This document shows positions 7,736 through 14,940 of a stretch of DNA of 24,413 nt, piece by piece. Under the pieces are notes generated by a model. That model saw only the letters and a program-made list of their open reading frames with translations, had not been told where the DNA came from and ran no database searches. The position numbers and the translations under genes were made by a program. This stretch comes from a virus (Duplodnaviria; Caudoviricetes), in the IMG/VR virus record IMGVR_UViG_3300027764_000031, positions 1-24,413 of that record. One strand, 5' to 3'. How positions within the stretch are numbered: position 1 is the stretch's first letter; each line of letters opens with the position of its first letter.

Positions 7736-8849
7736 TCTGCATCCTTATCTGACTGACCAATTGGTCAATCGAGTGGATCAGACGGTCAATCGGGCTGTCG
7801 TTACAAATCCCGCCAACCCGATTTGCGTCTGATTGCAGCGAGTGAGAGTGCCCACGAGGGCTCAAGTGTTCAAGCCCGAGGCCCCCGCGAGCACACTCAT
7901 TCGCTGCATTTGTAGTAGTTGAGGGCTTGAACACATGTGCAGAAGAACATGGCTGATCCTGCTTGTCAAGGGCTGTAGATGATAAATCTTTCCCGAATTG
8001 TGAAATTTTTTCTATGCCTGCTTTGAGGGTCGAATCCTTGTGACGCAAGTAGCGATGGGTTTGATCCACGCTTTTGTGCCTGACCAACTTCTGAATCAGG
8101 TCAGCCGGCACGCCTAATTCAAATGCGCTGGTGATGAACCCGACGCGCATGCGATGCCACTTGCCACGCCCTTCAATGCCGCAACTTTTCATGTCCCGAT
8201 CAAGTCCCTTCTGCGTCGGGTAATCCTCGAACACCATTTCGCCTTGGCTGATTTGCCGCCACGCTCGCAGCGTTGTCACGACGCTCGCGGATATAGGCAG
8301 TGTGTCTCTTCGTCGACTCTTATCTTTTGTGACCTTGATTTCTGCACGCTCTAAATCGATGTCATCCCACCGTTGACATCGCCATTCACCCCAACGCATG
8401 CCAGTGCCGTTGAGCAGTCGGTACAGCACGGCTCGAGCGTTGGCGTTGTTGCGGATACGGCCATCAGGATGACGCGACGCACGCTCGGCGGCGACGATCA
8501 ACCTATTGACCTCGTCTTGTGTGAGTGCGTCTGCGCCAACGCCAGCGCGTCCACGCGGAGCGGGTATCGACACCCACGGATTGATTTTGAGTCTGCCTTG
8601 CACGACGAGCCAACCCGCAAACTGCCTGCATAAACTCATGCGATTGCGCACGGTCTGCGGCGAGAGTTTGCGACTCATGCTCATCGCACTCAACCATGCG
8701 ACGCATGATGCGGGTGTAAGTTTGTCGCCTGCGTGTTCAACCCAACGCCGCGCCCATCGCCCGGCGTTCTTGGAATGATGTATGTCATAGCCTTGTTGAT
8801 CAACAAGCCATACTTCCCACGCAAGTACCTCGTCAGTCAGCGTTAACAT
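7551..8849 (-). CDS. int: Tyrosine integrase with a long C-terminal extension
   Basis: N-terminal SAM-like region (LSPQTVRNRMS); catalytic R (GMRWGE), K, HxxR (WHRMR), H (VRHKS) and Y (THRYL). Start at ATG 8849 preferred over 8912 because a -10 box lies just upstream. Confidence 0.9.
   Translation of the reverse strand: MLTLTDEVLAWEVWLVDQQGYDIHHSKNAGRWARRWVEHAGDKLTPASCVAWLSAMSMSRKLSPQTVRNRMSLCRQFAGWLVVQGRLKINPWVSIPAPRGRAGVGADALTQDEVNRLIVAAERASRHPDGRIRNNANARAVLYRLLNGTGMRWGEWRCQRWDDIDLERAEIKVTKDKSRRRDTLPISASVVTTLRAWRQISQGEMVFEDYPTQKGLDRDMKSCGIEGRGKWHRMRVGFITSAFELGVPADLIQKLVRHKSVDQTHRYLRHKDSTLKAGIEKISQFGKDLSSTALDKQDQPCSSAHVFKPSTTTNAANECARGGLGLEHLSPRGHSHSLQSDANRVGGICNDSPIDRLIHSIDQLVSQIRMQNEQGRNMGRQGRGCDIGNGSASRIGREDRTDKAVRGEATPTRRDGDSVSDRKPTRRCDPST
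7788..7825 (+). other. Candidate attP core: tRNA(Pro)-like 3' end with flanking inverted repeats
   Basis: CAAAT-CCCGC-CAACCCG-A (7804-7821) fits T-loop end, 5-nt T-stem strand, 7-nt acceptor strand, G72/A73. Inverted repeat AATCGGGCTGTCG (7788-7800) / CGCCAACCCGATT (7811-7823), 11 of 13 matching. Second inverted repeat CAAATC/GATTTG (7804-7809 / 7820-7825). Confidence 0.65.
7834..7934 (-). ncRNA. Candidate structured RNA: 75-nt hairpin with its loop complementary to an upstream 12-mer
   Basis: Hairpin 7908-7834 with about 30 pairs including 5 G-U; GGGCTTGAACAC (7877-7866) is the exact complement of GTGTTCAAGCCC (7934-7923). Confidence 0.6.
7941..7969 (-). promoter_or_regulatory. Candidate early promoter inside int
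   Basis: Perfect TTGACA (7969-7964), AT-rich upstream tract, 17-bp spacer ending TGT, but a weak -10 (TCTTCT). Confidence 0.35.
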
Positions 8850-8886
8850 TCGGGTTGGATTGTAGGCAGTAAAACCACAAAGACAA
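8848..8886 (-). promoter_or_regulatory. Candidate int promoter overlapping a copy of the attP core-type repeat
   Basis: TTGTCT-N16-TACAAT-CCAACCCGA-ATG; ATTCGGGTTGG (8848-8858) matches the attP arm AATCGGGTTGG at 10 of 11 positions. Confidence 0.55.
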
Positions 8887-8944
8887 AATAAGCGCCAAAA
8901 AGTTTCAAGCATATTCCGACATTCGGTCTTAATTTGCTCCGACT

Positions 8945-9460
8945 TTAGCCGCCCGATAATTTATGGATGATCGATTTCGCCACGCCCGCCACCGCGTCCA
9001 CCGCGCTGGCGACGCTTGCGCCAGTGCCTTCGACCTTACCCCACTTTGCGAGCGGGCATTCAACGCCCGCCAGTGTCACCTTCACGGTGAGCATTGCACG
9101 CGGGTTGTTTCCGCAGCCGCACTTGGTGCACCACCCAACGCCGCCTGCGTCGGTCTGTTCCTTATAAGTTACAGCCCGATGCTTGCACGCCATGCAGATC
9201 GCAAGTCGCGCCGCCGCGTCTGCTTCGCTAGCAGGGCCTTGCGTGGCGTGTGTTAGTTCGGCGCGGGCGTAATCTTTTGCTAGTTGAATCTGTGTCCGTG
9301 CTTGCGTTTCACTTTGTATCAGTGCTTGCGGGACTCCGTCTATCACTCGGTGCTTGCAATATTTTCTACACACTCCCAATGTAGGCTTTTCCCAATGTTT
9401 AGCGGCACAACATCCACCGCCCTGCACTCCGCATTCTAGCCAATGGTCGCAAATTTTCAT
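8945..9460 (-). CDS. Cys-rich protein with a DUF6171-like C-terminal motif
   Basis: 12 Cys; RLAICMAC...CTKCGC...K...CPLAKW. Confidence 0.7.
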   Translation of the reverse strand: MKICDHWLECGVQGGGCCAAKHWEKPTLGVCRKYCKHRVIDGVPQALIQSETQARTQIQLAKDYARAELTHATQGPASEADAAARLAICMACKHRAVTYKEQTDAGGVGWCTKCGCGNNPRAMLTVKVTLAGVECPLAKWGKVEGTGASVASAVDAVAGVAKSIIHKLSGG

Positions 9461-10491
9461 GATACTTCAAACCTAGTTACTACCCAAGGAATTGAATGCC
9501 CGCCTGTTGATGTAGCAGTTCCACAACAAGGTGTATATGTATTTGTAGATAAACTTCCACTACCAGAAGTAAAACTGTACCCATCAAAAATATCATTATA
9601 ATGATATGTGGGATTGTTTAACGGGTAAGAAGCAATTAGTGGCGACCAACATGAATATTGCGGAGTAGTTGTACCAAAAGTAAAAGACATATAATACGAG
9701 TAGGGTACGCTAGCCCACGCAAGTGCTCCGCATTGATTAGGTAGCGCGTAGTTGGTTCCATCCCCTTTTAACAAAAAAACGGGTATGCAATAATCTGTAG
9801 AAACCGCAGGATAACTCCAATCAAAACAAGATGCACCACCAAAATCATCCGCTACATATGCGATATGTTGATAAAAAAGCCTTGTATCAGTTGCAATACT
9901 TGCTGTTCCATTTGAATAAAAACTATTTTCTTCGCATATACCCGCAACCATTTTTATATTAAATCCCCCACTCCACCCGCAGCCAACATCGGGGTACACA
10001 CATTGACACGGATCAGTTTCAGGATCAGGTGGATAATTATTATTAATGACAATACATGTGATAATGGCTTTGTATGGTGTTGAAGCATTACTTGGATTTC
10101 TACGATCCTGACACCCTGGTGGACAAATTACATCGCCACATCCCACTGCTCCAATACCATCTTCACCTAAATACACTTCTCCAGTAATAGTATTTGGCCA
10201 CGCGCTACACGCATCTACATCTCCACAATACATTCTATATTGGCATTGGGGAGTTTGTGTCATCGGCGGGTATTCAGAATTACAAATTTCATTAAATTTT
10301 TTCATCACAAAAGAAAATGTGTACGGAGTTCCATCCCAAGTTAAATCAATTTCCACAGTTACAAAGCCAGGCAGTGAATTTATGTAAGTTGGTGATGTTG
10401 AATAATCACAAGAATTTGTTTCAGGCTCAACCGCTGAACATGTTGCGTTGCATTGATTACAACAACATCCCGCCGCGTGCATCAAACTCAT
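9457..10491 (-). CDS. AT-rich Cys-rich protein, possible virion or receptor-binding protein
   Basis: Start at ATG 10491 (GGAGGT RBS, ATGA overlap); MSLMHAAGCCC; about 24 Cys; rich in Tyr, Thr, Ser and Gly. Function is inferred only. Confidence 0.65.
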   Translation of the reverse strand: MSLMHAAGCCCNQCNATCSAVEPETNSCDYSTSPTYINSLPGFVTVEIDLTWDGTPYTFSFVMKKFNEICNSEYPPMTQTPQCQYRMYCGDVDACSAWPNTITGEVYLGEDGIGAVGCGDVICPPGCQDRRNPSNASTPYKAIITCIVINNNYPPDPETDPCQCVYPDVGCGWSGGFNIKMVAGICEENSFYSNGTASIATDTRLFYQHIAYVADDFGGASCFDWSYPAVSTDYCIPVFLLKGDGTNYALPNQCGALAWASVPYSYYMSFTFGTTTPQYSCWSPLIASYPLNNPTYHYNDIFDGYSFTSGSGSLSTNTYTPCCGTATSTGGHSIPWVVTRFEVS

Positions 10492-10991
10492 TTCGTCGAC
10501 CTCCCCCACGCCGCCGCAAACAGTGGATCACTCGCCCGCTTCGCCGCCACAAATTCACGCGCCGTAGTCGGGTCATCACTGAGCATCTTGCCCGCGAGAT
10601 CTGCCTCGTTCTGCACTCGGCGCGGAATCCAACCGATAGCAAGTCGGATGAGCGTTCCTAGTCCTGTCTGCCACAGCGCCACCACCAGCGCCACCGCAAC
10701 AACGGCTACTAAACCCCATTGAATCAGTGTCATCCAAAATGGCACGATGTCTTTAACTCCCGCCACGGCCGTTGATATCTGCGAAACCTCATGCAGGATC
10801 ACCGCAGTGTCGCCTTTTATGACAACAGCCGCAGCCACAATCTCGGGCTGAGTCGAGTTTGCCGCAATGAACCCTGCACGCTCAGAGATTGAGTGTGCTG
10901 CGCTTGCGGCGACGCTGGCGCTGCTGGCGATCTCCTTGGTCGCAGAACAGCCCGCTGTGAGGGCGGCAAGAACTATCGCTTGTCGAACCAT
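10488..10991 (-). CDS. Lipoprotein with a second transmembrane segment (unimolecular-spanin-like topology)
   Basis: Signal MVRQAIVLAALTAG-C-S (lipobox); later hydrophobic helix WGLVAVVAVALVVALW. Confidence 0.65.
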   Translation of the reverse strand: MVRQAIVLAALTAGCSATKEIASSASVAASAAHSISERAGFIAANSTQPEIVAAAVVIKGDTAVILHEVSQISTAVAGVKDIVPFWMTLIQWGLVAVVAVALVVALWQTGLGTLIRLAIGWIPRRVQNEADLAGKMLSDDPTTAREFVAAKRASDPLFAAAWGRSTK

Positions 10992-11098
10992 TTGGCTTTT
11001 GCCTCGTTAAATCCGAAAAACGAGCCCGCAACCCAACCAACCAAAAGTAGCAAGCAGCCAAAGAAGCCAGTACCGATAGCGTTACGAAGAAATTCCAT
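10973..11098 (-). CDS. Small membrane protein (41 aa), possible holin component
   Basis: Not in the ORF track. MEFLRNAIGTGFFGCLLLLVGWVAGSFFGFNEAKAKWFDKR*; strong GGAGG RBS. Confidence 0.7.
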   Translation of the reverse strand: MEFLRNAIGTGFFGCLLLLVGWVAGSFFGFNEAKAKWFDKR

Positions 11099-11108
11099 GT
11101 GTCCTCCA

Positions 11109-11381
11109 TTATTTAAGATTCATTTTATCGATCTTTAACGCCAACGCGGCGATTGTTTCCGTGTGTTTCTCGTCGATGGCTTGGCCGCGCACGACCGCCT
11201 TTTGCAGTTCGAGCGCAACGATGCGCAGTTCCTGCGTGTCGCTTGCGATGCGTGTGAGCGTTGCGTCTCGGCGACCTAGGTCGACGGCGTACAGCCCGAG
11301 CGCAATCAGGATGCCGACAAGTTGCCCAACAAGCACTGTCGTCTGCAATGGTGTCAGAGATGGCTTCTTTGCGGGAGCCAT
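11109..11381 (-). CDS. Single-TM coiled-coil protein (holin-like)
   Basis: Basic N-terminus, TM segment VLVGQLVGILIALGLYAV, coiled-coil tail; follows the tail genes. Confidence 0.6.
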   Translation of the reverse strand: MAPAKKPSLTPLQTTVLVGQLVGILIALGLYAVDLGRRDATLTRIASDTQELRIVALELQKAVVRGQAIDEKHTETIAALALKIDKMNLK

Positions 11382-11863
11382 TATGCGCAGGTTCCGTCGA
11401 TGGCGTTGGCGACACTAAACACATAGATCTGATTTCCAGTCGAGCCAGCGGTTCCAAACATCAGCACATAAGTGCCAGTCGCAATCGGCTGCAATGTGTA
11501 GCCCGCGGGGATGTTGGAGTGCGTGATGCCGGGGCCGTTCTTAGTTCCGCTGTCTTGCTGCAATCCCTCGACCGTGTTGTAGGCGAGTTGGTTCGTGTCG
11601 CTGATGAGTGCCGTTCCTATGGCAGCCTTGAATTTCGCCGTTGGCACATCAAATGCCGCGCTCGTCCATGTGTATGACCAGCGTCGATTTGCGATGATCG
11701 CTGTGTTGCCAGTGATTTTGGCGAGAAATACCTGCTGCGCCTTGCGCAGATTGCGGCTCTGATCAGTTGCGGGATCGTTCTTGTTGACGACGCTTGCGAT
11801 CTTCTGCCACGCTCTTGGCGTGATTGCCCCCATCCCTCCTGAGATGTTGGGCTGAATGTTCAA
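11381..11863 (-). CDS. Putative tail-tip/minor tail protein
   Basis: 160 aa; TTG start overlaps the upstream stop; position in the tail operon. Confidence 0.6.
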   Translation of the reverse strand: MNIQPNISGGMGAITPRAWQKIASVVNKNDPATDQSRNLRKAQQVFLAKITGNTAIIANRRWSYTWTSAAFDVPTAKFKAAIGTALISDTNQLAYNTVEGLQQDSGTKNGPGITHSNIPAGYTLQPIATGTYVLMFGTAGSTGNQIYVFSVANAIDGTCA

Positions 11864-12741
11864 GTGACCACCATGCCTAGACCTGCGAAGTCACCTGTTT
11901 GCCAAAATGGTTGTCGCCAATAAACTTTGTCCGCTTTGTATGTGTTGGGCGCTGATAGCGTGCTGTCGTATGTTGGACGATTTGTGATCGGGTTCATCTC
12001 GGGAACTTGCACAAGGTGGAACCACTCGTCCCATGTGAAGTTCCATGTCACCGCATAGGTGTTGGTCGCAATGCGTGATGCGCTTGCGCCTGTGAATACA
12101 GTCGTTCCGATTCCAAGCGCGGTGGAGAACGACCCGCCGAAAGTTTCAGTGGCGTTGTTGCGACATCCAACCAAATCTTTGTAGGCCGTGTAATTCGGTC
12201 GACCTGAAATCACATTGCGAACGGTGATCGTGATCTGCGGAACAATATGTGAAATTGGATCGCCGTTGGAATCGTATTTGTCTCCTCCAATGTCGGTCGT
12301 GAGCCCCGGTGCGTTTCCGCTTGTTGGAAAAGTTAAAGCAGTGCCAGCCGAACCATTCTGCAAACGGTAGACATCGAGTATGCGACTGCCGACCGAGGTT
12401 TCGATGCTACTGAATCCAACCTCGTCCTCTTGTTTTATGTCCTTGGGCGACCCGCTCGCGCCGCTATCGCCTGTCGGCGATTCGTATGAGAGCGTCACGG
12501 CCCACAGCGTGGCGATTGATCCATCCACAGGCTGCATGGTTGTTCCAACCCAACGCATGATCGGCACGCCTGATTCATTTCCCCAAATGTTGTAAGGACT
12601 AACAATGCCCGAAAAGACATCGTTGGCAGAGATGACCTGATCGGTCGTGTCTTTGACAATCCACGATTCAGTGCCCGACCATCGACCCTTGTCAACTGAT
12701 GCGTTTCGGCTTTGTCGAATCCACGAAAGAACGATTGTCAT
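11860..12741 (-). CDS. Putative tail-tip protein
   Basis: 293 aa, rich in Thr, Ser, Gly and Trp; immediately after the tape measure gene. Confidence 0.65.
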   Translation of the reverse strand: MTIVLSWIRQSRNASVDKGRWSGTESWIVKDTTDQVISANDVFSGIVSPYNIWGNESGVPIMRWVGTTMQPVDGSIATLWAVTLSYESPTGDSGASGSPKDIKQEDEVGFSSIETSVGSRILDVYRLQNGSAGTALTFPTSGNAPGLTTDIGGDKYDSNGDPISHIVPQITITVRNVISGRPNYTAYKDLVGCRNNATETFGGSFSTALGIGTTVFTGASASRIATNTYAVTWNFTWDEWFHLVQVPEMNPITNRPTYDSTLSAPNTYKADKVYWRQPFWQTGDFAGLGMVVT

Positions 12742-13802
12742 GGTGCTCCCATCAGTTGTTTAAAAATGATTGTTTGCTTGACCGCCTCATCGAGTTGCTT
12801 GCGCTCGACTGCGAGCGAGTCCTCTGCGATCTTTTGCGTGTTCATGGTCGATGTACCCGCAACCTTGATGGACCCGAGCGCGGTGCTGACATCGGTGTTC
12901 GTCGATGCCATCGCAGCCTGCTGCTTATTTTCCTCAAGTTTGGTTTTGTAATCCTCGGCGGCTTTGTCTTGTTGCTCTTGCGCCTTGGCAAAATTGTCGA
13001 TGTCGTCTTGATGCGCCTTGGCTTTGGTTTCTGCCAGTTGCTTCTCGGCATCGATGCGAGCCTTGGTCGCCTGCAACTGGTCGTAGATGGCGATCGCCTC
13101 ATCCTTCTGTCGCTGCACTAATTGCGGCAGCGCCTGAATGCGCTCGATCTCGATGTCGCGCTCGGACATGGTCGCATGCCTGAGATTGTCTTTGATCTCT
13201 TGGATCTCTTTCAGAGATGACTTTTGTTGAGCATCTAATTTCTCACGAATCTTTTGCTCTTCTTGTGCAGCTTTAATACCGGGCTCGGCAAGTTTCTTTG
13301 CCATCTCAGCGTCGGCATCGTCCCGAATCTTTTTTATGCGTGCAAACTCTATTGCCGCTTTATTCTTTTCATCAAACTCGTCGCGAGATGCGATCTGTTT
13401 GCCTTCTTGACCCATCGTTTTGCCCGATACAGCGTCAACGCCAGCGGCGATTAATCGACCCAATGCGCCTGCAATTGGAATGTTCTCCAAGTTTTTTACA
13501 ATGGTTTGACCCAACGACTCAATTGCACCGCCAAATCCTTTGATTGATCCGTCTTGGAATCCCTTGACCATCTCGTCGGCAATCTTTGTGCCTGCGTCAA
13601 GCGCGCCAAGAATGCCAAGATTTCCAAGCAAGCCAGCGCCGATGTTCTTCATCTGCTTTTTGTTGATCTTGTCGATGCTCTCTGCAATGCTGCCACTCGC
13701 ACGCTTGGCGGCCTGCTCGCCTTTCTTAAATCCTTCAACCATCGGATTGGCATCTGCGTAAAGTCCAACTTCTAATTTGCCTTTGATATTTGCAGAACCC
13801 AT
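12738..13802 (-). CDS. Tail tape measure protein (short, 354 aa)
   Basis: IKGKLEVGLYADA N-terminus; Ala/Gly-rich hydrophobic part, then long coiled coils; follows the chaperone genes. Confidence 0.8.
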   Translation of the reverse strand: MGSANIKGKLEVGLYADANPMVEGFKKGEQAAKRASGSIAESIDKINKKQMKNIGAGLLGNLGILGALDAGTKIADEMVKGFQDGSIKGFGGAIESLGQTIVKNLENIPIAGALGRLIAAGVDAVSGKTMGQEGKQIASRDEFDEKNKAAIEFARIKKIRDDADAEMAKKLAEPGIKAAQEEQKIREKLDAQQKSSLKEIQEIKDNLRHATMSERDIEIERIQALPQLVQRQKDEAIAIYDQLQATKARIDAEKQLAETKAKAHQDDIDNFAKAQEQQDKAAEDYKTKLEENKQQAAMASTNTDVSTALGSIKVAGTSTMNTQKIAEDSLAVERKQLDEAVKQTIIFKQLMGAP

Positions 13803-14122
13803 TACTTAATCCCCCTCTCGCGCTTTAGTTTCTCGAGCGCCTGCTGCGGAGTCTGCTTTGGCTTCTCCACAAATGGCATAAAGTCTTGCGGGCTGAATGA
13901 TGACGAGCGGCTTGACCTGTGCGCGTTGGCGACAGTCGACGCAATAATGCCCGCGCCGAGGTCGGCGCGCTGGCGTGAATCGAGGCATCCCACGATGCTC
14001 TGATATTCGATCCATTCTTGGAGTTCTCGTGAGGACATTCGATCTCCTAATTCCGCTACTGTCATTTTCAACTCAGCCGCAAGCGTGAACATGAAGAAAC
14101 GCACACCGCGGCACCTCAGTTT
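13802..14122 (-). CDS. Tail assembly chaperone GT, -1 frame segment
   Basis: LAAELKMTVAELGDRMSSRELQEW; the frame is open from the slippery site into ORF 13802-14104. Confidence 0.8.
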   Translation of the reverse strand, partial: KLRCRGVRFFMFTLAAELKMTVAELGDRMSSRELQEWIEYQSIVGCLDSRQRADLGAGIIASTVANAHRSSRSSSFSPQDFMPFVEKPKQTPQQALEKLKRERGIK

Positions 14123-14460
14123 TTTTCGAGGTCCTCTGCGTCTTTAGCGCCAAGACCCGAGAGACGCTGGCAGTGCTCATACAACTTGTCGATCACGCTC
14201 GCAGGCATTGCGCCCACTTCCGCAATCTCCGCATCGGTGAACAATCGCACGCCAGCCTCGTCGGTTAAACATCTCACGACGAGACTGGCGCGGATGTTCT
14301 TCACACCCATTTTCTTGTCCCTCTCCGCATAGATCTGCTGCTCCCACAAATCCCGTTCGCCTGCCGTGAGGCCTCGAAGTGAGACGAGTCCGTCAATGCC
14401 TGCAACCTTTACAGTCGCAGTCGGGATCTTTAGAGCAAGCAGTTGTTCTCGGATTGACAT
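14116..14460 (-). CDS. Tail assembly chaperone G
   Basis: LRGLTAGERD...LVVRCLTDEAGVRLF...RLSGL...LEKN*; lies between the tail tube and tape measure genes. Confidence 0.85.
   Translation of the reverse strand: MSIREQLLALKIPTATVKVAGIDGLVSLRGLTAGERDLWEQQIYAERDKKMGVKNIRASLVVRCLTDEAGVRLFTDAEIAEVGAMPASVIDKLYEHCQRLSGLGAKDAEDLEKN
14119..14125 (-). promoter_or_regulatory. Programmed -1 frameshift slippery site A-AAA-AAC
   Basis: GAA AAA AAC TGA; the -1 frame reads AAA CTG AGG TGC CGC GGT GTG into the downstream ORF. Confidence 0.85.
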
Positions 14461-14472
14461 GTGTGTTCCTGA

Positions 14473-14925
14473 TTAGGCTGTGCCAGTAATCGTGTATGCG
14501 CCGCTGCACTTGATGGTGAATGAAGCGGTCAACACCGCGTCAAGACCCGCCTTAATGCTGAGACCAGTCACGATGCCGATACCTGTGACCTTTGTAGATG
14601 TTGAACTTGCAACAGCGCCAAAGACGATTTCAAAACTTTGCTTAAGTCGGCTTGTGAGTCCCGCCTGCAATACCAAGATGCCTGCGTCGTCGCTGTCGTA
14701 ATTCACTTCCGCGCTGATACTGCCCGGGTCAAGCAGGCCAGCCTGGAAACTTTTCACGGCTGAACTAAGCGAAGTGGTTTCCACAGTGGTCTGAGCCACT
14801 CCATCAAATGAGAGCGAAATACACTCGCCGATGGTTGTGAGTCCGGTGGTGATTACTGTGTCTTGCGCATTTGCAGCGTTTGCGAGCATTTTAAATGTTG
14901 AGCCGTAACTGATTAACTGTGCCAT
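14473..14925 (-). CDS. Major tail tube protein
   Basis: VETTSLSS...GLLDPGSISAEVNYD...ASFTIKCSG; AAGGA RBS. Confidence 0.85.
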   Translation of the reverse strand: MAQLISYGSTFKMLANAANAQDTVITTGLTTIGECISLSFDGVAQTTVETTSLSSAVKSFQAGLLDPGSISAEVNYDSDDAGILVLQAGLTSRLKQSFEIVFGAVASSTSTKVTGIGIVTGLSIKAGLDAVLTASFTIKCSGAYTITGTA

Positions 14926-14940
14926 GAGTGATTCCTTTGT

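Noticed and set aside
7740-7825. Complete tRNA gene
   Set aside because: Only the 3' 18 nt are tRNA-like; there is no matching 5' T-stem, anticodon arm or D arm.
9457-10491. Diversity-generating retroelement target
   Set aside because: No reverse transcriptase and no template/variable repeat pair are visible.
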